DNA of 39,300 bases from Tubiluchus corallicola (taxonomy: Eukaryota; Animalia; Priapulida): the NCBI GenBank assembly GCA_030141605.1, contig JAQGDQ010000453.1, forward strand, positions 1-39,300, read 5' to 3'. Numbering within the stretch: the stretch's first letter is position 1; every line of letters starts with the position of its first letter. This document shows positions 1 to 39,300 of the stretch, in pieces. The notes beneath the pieces are model-generated. The model did not search any database, was not told the origin of the DNA, and was given only the letters and a program-made list of their open reading frames with translations. Made by a program: the position numbers and the translations under genes.

Positions 1-757
1 TCATAATTGCATAATAATATTACCATAATTTCCTAATTGCATAATAATATTACCATAATTTCAAAATCTATATTTTTTACGAATTACCAAATCCCAGCCA
101 GTAATATAGAGGCTGATATTTACATGAGTAAGCCGAAACCCGTCAATTATAGTTATAGGTAGTGTGCTAATGGTCTGATAGCTTTGCGCAATTCTATACG
201 GTTCTTCATTACCAGGCAGATGCGCAGTAATGCATTGAATTGAGATGTAGCCAACAGGTGAGCAAGGCAGGTAGGACAGCTTACCTGAGTCTCAGAGCTA
301 TCCAGAGATGAACGAGACGAACGTTCCTCATTGCTGTACTATAATTTTGGTGTTGCGAGTTATCTTTGCATTATCATATTTGATTTATCAACAATGGATG
401 CCAGTTTTCTGATTCTTTAGTGAAATTTGGTTTGTAGAACTTCAATAAATTAAAACGTTGAGGAAATAGCGACGTGATTATTTACGTGATCTAATAAATC
501 TATCCAACCTAGAAAGTGAGTTTCTTGAGGAATTTCACAGACGATTATGATCAGAATTAAAAATAATTGCATTTCGTGCTATTTAACACAATATTATACA
601 GTAATATGTAATTGCAAGACATTATTCCTTCTGTTGACTACGTTTCCGATAAATAAACGTCAATAAAAATGCGTCGTGTAATACTGACGTAATTGCATCT
701 GTATTTATTAAATTGCGCAAACATTACCAATTGGCACAAACATTTTAAATTATTAGT

Positions 758-1040
758 CTAGTTACATAAGTCTTTCCAGCAGGTAAGTGAAATGCTAAGT
801 AATATGGATTTGTACGGAAAGATTTTGGGTCATAATTTAACATTGCCTTTTCTTCCCCTGATTTACGTGGCGTAGTGACGTCATGTAATGGCGCCGTCGG
901 AACAATATTGCTGGAGATTTAAGATGAAGACAAACAAAAGATCCTTTCAACGCGAATACCATATGTGCATAAAATTGCTGTAAAGTAGTATAATTTTTAA
1001 GGCGATTTTTCTGAAACCTATTTTAGGTGCCCCTTTTCTT
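758..1040. repeat. Interspersed repeat, copy 1 (direct copy at ~10768-11050)
   Basis: Shared blocks CTAGTTACAT..GTCTTT..GCAGGTAA, CCTTTTCTTCCCCTGATTTACGT, GTCGGAACA.TATTG, GCATAAAATTGCT.TAAAG, GATTTTTCTGAAACC. Confidence 0.8.
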
Positions 1041-1248
1041 GTTATTTAAACATGGTGCGACATAAGCAGTTTTACCGATATTTATCATCCATTTAAATAA
1101 TTTCTCTCATTTAAATAACGTTTTATTTAATTCTTTTTTAATCTTTTGGTGCAGGCCTATCAACTAGACCAAATAAAGCTGCTAATCATCAGGGAGGACA
1201 AAGAAAACAAACAAAACTAATTAATACACACGTTTTACTCATCAAATA

Positions 1249-31517
<30,269 letters not shown>

Positions 31518-32013
31518 ACTTAGAAATTAAACTATTATCTACGTCACATGTACTATGTATTAGGCGTATAACTTACTCCCTCCAGCAAATATACAAATTT
31601 ACTTTTGCTAATAAGAATCTTTTCAAGCTTTATAATGTCGAAGCTTTTACCACCTTGATCAATGAATGTCGTTTGTTTAAATTACTCATGTAATTGTGTA
31701 AACAACGCAGTCTTTAGTGACAGAAGTAAAACAATGAGCAGTTAATTAATTATTGAAATCGAATCTTTGTTCAGAAATTGTATTGAAATTGAAATCATGT
31801 ACACATCATTCACGTGATGTAAACAAAGGTGACAACCTATACAGAAAGTTGTGTGCAGAACAGGACACTTTATTTAATGAGCTATCTGTCAATATACATC
31901 ACGAATTAGCCAATCTTCACCGATCAATAAATTTCACAAAATGGAACTTATTGGGCAGTGCCATTGTCGACTAACTTAGACTCCAAAGCAGTAATGTTTG
32001 TCATTTACAGGCC

Positions 32014-32038
32014 AATAAAAAACTGAAAACTAAATAAA
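32014..32038 (+). promoter_or_regulatory. Candidate polyadenylation signals for the cyclase gene
   Basis: AATAAA at 32014 and 32033, about 500 nt after the stop codon. The AT-rich background makes this weak. Confidence 0.3.
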
Positions 32039-32479
32039 AAGTTTCAAAGCACAATCATGTCTACATTCGGTGTTTAGTTTTCTATTAGGCCTACTCAAGA
32101 ATTCTAGATTTTTTTAAGAACCTTTAAATGTTACTCTAGTTACTGCACACAACTGAAACTTTGATTTTCTTAAGCAATTAATATCGTCATTAATTTCATT
32201 TGTTTAATTTTAGTAATTTCACATGTGGTTTTTGTTACAGAATCGTATTTGAAAATATCAGTGACTGCAGACGTTGCATGTTACAGGCTCCGATTCCTAC
32301 AAATCGACTTGAATAGAATTTTAACGCTTCTCATAATATCTGAACATTTCCAAATACAAGGCTGCCTCTTAGACAGCCTGTTTGTCTAATAATCTGACTG
32401 ATAGAGTATTGTTGTTTTCCTATTAGTTATACATACTCAGTTAATAATACATCCTCATCTCTTTAGAGGACATCAACAG

Positions 32480-32825
<346 letters not shown>

Positions 32826-33078
32826 TCAAAATACCTTCTTATCTAGTAAAATAGTCACTATAATTCTAATTTTGTGTTAAACATTCTTTACATTGTAACT
32901 TTAACCCCTCCACAGAAGCCCACTAGCCTTATTTTCAGAGATTTGCATGGAAAATATTATTGTAATAGAGATATGAAAATACTACGCCACACAAGAGTGG
33001 AAATCTTTACCCATCCACATAATTCGGCACACTGAAAAACCGATATCTAACACTAGACGAATTTCTATTTTAAAACTT

Positions 33079-33350
33079 GTCTAGTTTCAGTACAACGCAC
33101 TGAATATCTCACAATAGCACTCTACTTTAATTTTCGCTTTCGCGTGCAACACGCTCATGGAATATTTTTCCTGTTGAAAATTGTTAGCTTGTGATGTCAT
33201 CAATAGTTGGACTCGCCCACCGTTAATTAAGTTTCTAATCTATTATTTAATTATCAGAAACGTTTTTGCAATATTAATTATGTTAAAATGTAAACTTTTT
33301 ATGGGACTTGATAATGGGGTAGTATATGAAAACCATCCTGTCTTCCTTTA
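33079..33350. repeat. Interspersed repeat fragment, copy 2 (Kolobok-like end)
   Basis: Colinear with 31092-31360. Ends CATCCTGTCTTCCT|TTAA. Confidence 0.8.
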
Positions 33351-33808
33351 AGCATTAAATGAAAATCCAAGTCTCTCCGGGCACGTTGAGCTTATTTTAA
33401 TATTTTAGAAAAATGTTACAAAATTTCTAACTCTGCCTTCCGATGTGACACTAAATGAATTAAAATTTTCACAGCACAAGTAAAATTCTCTACGTTTATT
33501 AGAAATGTTACAATTAGTAATTTTAAATTGAACATGTAGTCTCACTATTAGGCCTATACAGATCCTGTGAACCTATACTAACTGTAGATTAAAAACTTCC
33601 GTTGACTTATGCTGCTTTCTTCGATCATTCATCAGGATAGAATACACCGTCGTACGCATCCCAACAGTGTTGGATAATTTGAAATTTGCCAATATATTAA
33701 AAATGCTTATTGTGCGCATATGAAACACTCGTACACGCAAGTTGGGCTACTGTAAGTTTAAGTTTTTCGAATTGCCTGTAAGAACTTGTTTAGAACTTCC
33801 TCTGTCCA

Positions 33809-35795
33809 CTACACTGGAGGAGTGGATCTTTTGTATGGAATGCGAGTTGTTGACGTGAATCTGTGAAGAGCAGTATCCGACTTCCGGGCAGGAAATGACG
33901 GCATAATAAAATTTTTGTAGGTCGTGGTTTTACCCTGTGATTGTGAGTATTCTACTGGCGTCGGTGGTGTGCTGTCTACCATTGGAACTGCAACATGGAT
34001 AAATTTAAACTAGTTTTTATCTTCCTCAAACAAATTGACAGAACCTTTCACTGATGGCTCTGAGTTTATCTGACTTAACCAAAAGATGGCGCTCGTTCTC
34101 GTACTGGGAATTACGCACCCCTTAGTACATACACAACTATACACTTCTTAAGATTGTGTTTGGTATTTCAATTGCTTATTTGCGAAATGTGAATGGCAAA
34201 TTGCCAGTCAATGATTTGAAATTCCATTTAGGGCAAAAATTTTATTTGAGATCTGATCTTACTTGAATGTGAAATACGTTAATCTTATAATAATGCACTG
34301 GATGTTAAACGATACATAGATTAACTTGAATTTGTCGAGTTTAATACCTTGTTAGTTAAGTTATCCATACACGTATAATAATCCACTATATAATATAGCT
34401 TGTTATGAAACTCAGTTAATTGCTTCAGAGATGGAACGTGATCCAAACCTTATGGTCATTATTTAGCTCAAACAGTTCAACGAACCAGACAGACGTATTG
34501 ACTTATAGAGTTAGTCAGCAAGTCAGTCAGTTAGTTTGTTGACCATAATAATAGTTACATGCAAATTACATTTACAAATGACCTTTACGGTCCATATTAA
34601 ATAAATGCATTATTACACGACTATCATTAAAGGAAAACCGGATGATTGTGTAAACACAAGTTCAGAATAAAGAATGCTCTAAAATATTGAAAGCTACAAT
34701 AGCTTCTTTTAAATCAAAGCTTAGATTAAATCATAATTACCTCGGACACTCAAATTTTGTCAAACTTTCTAAGCTACTCGCGGCTGAGTGAATCTACTAA
34801 GATTGGCAGCGCCGCATTTTAGTCACATGCGCGTGGACGACAAATAGAAGACGGTGCCGCGATAACCATAATCATGAACTGCAGTGTTAAGTTCTGACGT
34901 CATAAGACGTACAGCCCATTTTCGTGACATCACGCGTCTAAGCAGTACTGTAACACTTACGCAAACGTGCTCGACGCGCAAGGGAAGATGCCTGCCATTG
35001 CACAAACTGTGCTTAGTTTCTGACGTAAGCAAGAGCTGTGTTCGGTTGCCGTTAATTAATTTTCTAAAGTATTTATTCAGACATAAGAAATAATTGCTAA
35101 CATTTATTGGCAAGAAAATGTATATTTTAGACAGTAAATTAAAATGAGATTGAGTCTGAACAATCGTTCGGTTTTCCTTTAAGCACCAGAATGAATAAAA
35201 TATTAAAATAAAACACTAAATTATGTACCTGGTAAATATCAAAACTTCAAACCATAATTTAAATGTCTCCTATTACGTTCTGTTAATGGACACACAGTTG
35301 TCATATGATATTCTGTTTGAATTTGCCCACATTGTACATAGAATGTACATTTATTCATACAAGTCTGTGGGCACGGATTACAGGCCAATGCATTATTATT
35401 AATTTTACTGCACTTCAACTTTCAGTTATACGATAAAGAAATTAGTGACTCAAACTGGGTCATCCGGTAATAAGTGAAGCTTAGATACCGGTCCTACCTG
35501 ACAAAACTGTCTCCATGCTTCTAGGCCTAGTGACTCCTTGATCTGAAGCACGTCTTTTACTATGGAGGCGATTATTGCCAAGAAATCCTCTTAAAAATTG
35601 CCTGGAGATTGGTGCCACTTTTCTACCATCAACAAATTCTAAAAAAACAATTGGTATAAAAATGAAAGAAGAAAAGATTGTGAAATGCTGCAGCCCAATC
35701 TTCCACGTGGCTTACTTCTTTCTTTTTTACATTTTTAGGCTCTAAACTTACTGCGGCCGTGCCTATTTAATTTTGTTGATGGTCGTGGAGAAAAC
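33809..35795 (-). CDS. Putative last three coding exons of a convergent gene of unknown function (35795-35752, 35638-35498, 33987-33809)
   Basis: AG/GT boundaries (donors GTAAGT, GTAGGA; acceptors TTTTTTTAG, TGTTGCAG) with matching phase-1 junctions. They give an open frame FSPRPSTKLNRHGRKFVDGRKVAPISRQFLRGFLGNNRLHSKRRASDQGVTRPRSMETVLSVPMVDSTPPTPVEY...RIPYKRSTPPV*. No recognisable domain. Confidence 0.5.
34631..35178 (-). mobile_element. Kolobok-like non-autonomous DNA transposon, copy 2 (548 bp)
   Basis: TTAA at 34627-30 and 35179-82. TIRs AGGAAAACCGGATGATTGT / ACAATCGTTCGGTTTTCCT. Inverted homolog of 16570-17100. Confidence 0.82.
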
Positions 35796-35833
35796 CTAAT
35801 CAACTAACAGCTTGGAGTTAATACTGAATAAAA

Positions 35834-38800
35834 GCTATGTACATGCAGCCATAGTTACCACAACACACGATCTTCTATTTCATATGAAACTATGTACATG
35901 CAGCCATAGTTACCACAACGCACGATCTTCTATTTCATATGAAACTATGTACATGCAGCCATAGTTATCAAAACACACGATCTTCTATTTCATATGAAAC
36001 TATGTACATGCAGCCATAGTTACCACAACGCACGATCTTCTATTTCATATGAAACTATGTACATGCAGCCATAGTTATCAAAACACACGATCTTCTATTT
36101 CATATGAAACTATGTACATGCAGCCATAGTTACCAAAACACACGATCTTCTATTTCATATGAAACTATGTACATGCAGCCATAGTTACCACAACACACGA
36201 TCTTCTATTTCATATGAAACTATGTACATGCAGCCATAGTTACCACAACACACGATCTTCTATTTCTTATGAAACTATGTACATGCAGCCATAGTTACCA
36301 CAGCACACGATCTTCTATTTCATATGAAACTATGTACATGCAGCCATAGTTACCACAACGCACGATCTCCTATTTCATATGAAACTATGTACATGCAGGC
36401 ATAGTTACCACAACACACGATCTTCTATTTCATATGAAACTATGTACATGCAGCCATAGTTACCACAACACACGATCTTCTATTTCTTATGAAACTATGT
36501 ACATGCAGCCATGGTTACCCCAACACACGATCTTCTATTTCATATGAAACTATGCACATGCAGCCATAGTTGCCACAACACACAACCCTCTATTTCATAT
36601 GAAACTATGTACATGCAGCCATAGTTACCACAACACACGATCTTCTATTTCATATGAAACTATGTACATGCAGCCATAGTTACGAAAACACACGATTTTC
36701 TATTTCATATGAAACTATGTACATGCAGCCATAGTTACGAAAACACACGGTTTTCTATTTCATATGAAACTATGTACATGCAGCCATAGCTACCAAAAAC
36801 ACACGATCTTTTATTTTATATAAAACTATGTACATGCAGCCATAGTTACCACAGCACACGATCTTCTATTTCATATGAAACTATGTACATGCAGCCATAG
36901 TTACCACAACACACGATCTTCTATTTCATATGAAACTATGTACATGCAGCCATAGTTACCACAACACACGATCTTCTATTTCATATGAAACTATGTACAT
37001 GCAGCCATAGTTACCACAACACACGATCTTCTATTTCATATGAAACTATGTACATGCAGCCATAGTTACCACAACACACGATCTTCTATTTCATATGAAA
37101 CTATGTACATGCAGCCATAGTTACCACAACACACGATCTTCTATTTCATATGAAACTATGTACATGCAGCCATAGTTACCACAACACACGATCTTCTATT
37201 TCATATGAAACTATGTACATGCAGCCATAGTTACCACAACACACGATCTTCTATTTCATATGAAACTATGTACATGCAGCCATAGTTACCACAACACACG
37301 ATCTTCTATTTCATATGAAACTATGTACATGCAGCCATAGTTACCACAACACACGATCTTCTATTTCATATGAAACTATGTACATGCAGCCATAGTTACC
37401 ACAACACACGATCTTCTATTTCATATGAAACTATGTACATGCAGCCATAGTTACCACAACGCACGATATTCTATTTCATATGAAACTATGTACATGCAGC
37501 CATAGTTACCACAACACGCGATCTTCTATTTCATATGAAACTATGTACATGCAGCCATAGTTACCACAACACACGATCTTCTATTTCTTATGAAACTATG
37601 TACATGCAGCCATGGTTACCCCAACACACGATCTTCTATTTCATATGAAACTATGTACATGCAGCCATAGTTACCACAACACACGATCTCCTATTTCATA
37701 TGAAACTATGTACATGCAGCCATAGTTACCACAGCACACGATCTTCTATTTCATATGAAACTATGTACATGCAGCCATAGTTACCACAACGCACGATCTC
37801 CTATTTCATATGAAACTATGTACATGCAGGCATAGTTACCACAACACACGATCTTCTATTTCATATGAAACTATGTACATGCAGCCATGGTTACCACAAC
37901 ACACGATCTTCTATTTCTTATGAAACTATGTACATGCAGCCATGGTTACCCCAACACACGATCTTCTATTTCTTATGAAACTATGTACATGCAGCCATAG
38001 TTACCACAACACACGATCTTCTATTTCTTATGAAACTATGTACATGCAGCCATAGTTACCACAGCACACGATCTTCTATTTCATATGAAACTATGTACAT
38101 GCAGCCATAGTTACCACAACGCACGATCTCCTATTTCATATGAAACTATGTACATGCAGGCATAGTTACCACAACACACGATCTTCTATTTCATATGAAA
38201 CTATGTACATGCAGCCATAGTTACCACAACACACGATCTTCTATTTCTTATGAAACTATGTACATGCAGCCATAGTTACCACAACACACGATCTTCTATT
38301 TCATATGAAACTATGTACATGCAGCCATAGTTACCACAACACACGATCTTCTATTTCATATGAAACTATGTACATGCAGCCATAGTTACCACAATGCACG
38401 ATATTCTATTTCATATGAAACTATGTACATGCAGCCATAGTTACCACAACACGCGATCTTCTATTTCATATGAAACTATGTACATGCAGCCATAGTTACC
38501 ACAACACACGATCTTCTATTTCATATGAAACTATGTACATGCAGCCATAGTTACCACAACACACGATCTTCTATTTCTTATGAAACTATGTATATGCAGC
38601 CATAGTTACCACAGCACACGATCTTCTATTTCATATGATACTATGTACATGCAGCCATAGTTACCACAAAGCACGATCTCCTATTTCATATGAAACTATG
38701 TACATGCAGGCATAGTTACCACAACACACGATCTTCTATTTCATATGAAACTATGTACATGCAGCCATAGTTACCACAACACACGATCTTCTATTTCTTA

Positions 38801-39300
38801 TGAAACTATGTACATGCAGCCATGGTTACCCCAACACACGATCTTCTATTTCATATGAAACTATGCACATGCAGCCATAGTTGCCACAACACACAACCCT
38901 CTATTTCAAATGAAACTATGTACATGCAGCCATAGTTACGAAAACACACGATTTTCTATTTCATATGAAACTATGTACATGCAGCCATAGCTACCAAAAA
39001 CACACGATCTTTTATTTTATATAAAACTATGTACATGCAGCCATAGTTTCCACAGCACACGATCTTCTATTTCATATGAAACTAAGTACATGCAGCCATA
39101 GTTACCACAACACACGATCTTCTATTTCATATGAAACTATGTACATGCAGCCATAGTTACCACAACACACGATCTTCTATTTCATATGAAACTATGTACA
39201 TGCAGCCATAGTTACCACAACACACGATCTTCTATTTCATATGAAACTATGTACATGCAGCCATAGTTACCACAACGCACGATATTCTATTTCATATGAA
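35834..39300. repeat. 55-bp satellite array (~63 copies, runs off the window end)
   Basis: Unit GAAACTATGTACATGCAGCCATAGTTACCACAACACACGATCTTCTATTTCATAT; period 55 (35941->35996->36051). Confidence 0.98.

Noticed and set aside
1-60. 30-bp tandem duplication at the window start (and a ~50-bp duplication near 29210-29305)
   Set aside because: Two-copy local duplications with no further structure visible.
35834-39300. 55-bp palindromic array as CRISPR
   Set aside because: No unique spacers; whole units are near-identical.

Overview
AT-rich, intron-containing eukaryotic DNA, probably from an invertebrate animal (spliceosomal introns, tRNA-derived SINEs, LINE and DNA-transposon remnants, many satellites). 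The main content is one 7-exon + strand gene, join(1249..1586,16362..16521,20651..20890,21585..21747,23927..25875,28033..28113,31425..31517). It is 3024 nt / 1007 aa, all introns are GT-AG and all phases match. It encodes signal peptide - PstS-type (bacterial ABC phosphate-binding protein) ectodomain - single TM - kinase-homology domain - class III guanylyl cyclase domain. This is a receptor guanylyl cyclase whose ectodomain is a phosphate-binding protein, with the PstS phosphate ligands apparently intact. The cyclase has lost three catalytic residues (Asp->Asn, Asn->Thr, Arg->Gln). It is a candidate extracellular phosphate/oxyanion receptor, probably catalytically dead or regulatory. Three short phase-compatible - strand exons (35795..33809) probably form the 3' end of a convergent neighbouring gene. 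The rest is intronic/intergenic repeat: Kolobok-like, hAT-like and piggyBac-like non-autonomous elements, two SINE copies, LINE fragments, a hammerhead-like motif, and 28-, 29-, 38- and 55-bp tandem arrays. All calls come from manual reading; no database searches were run.
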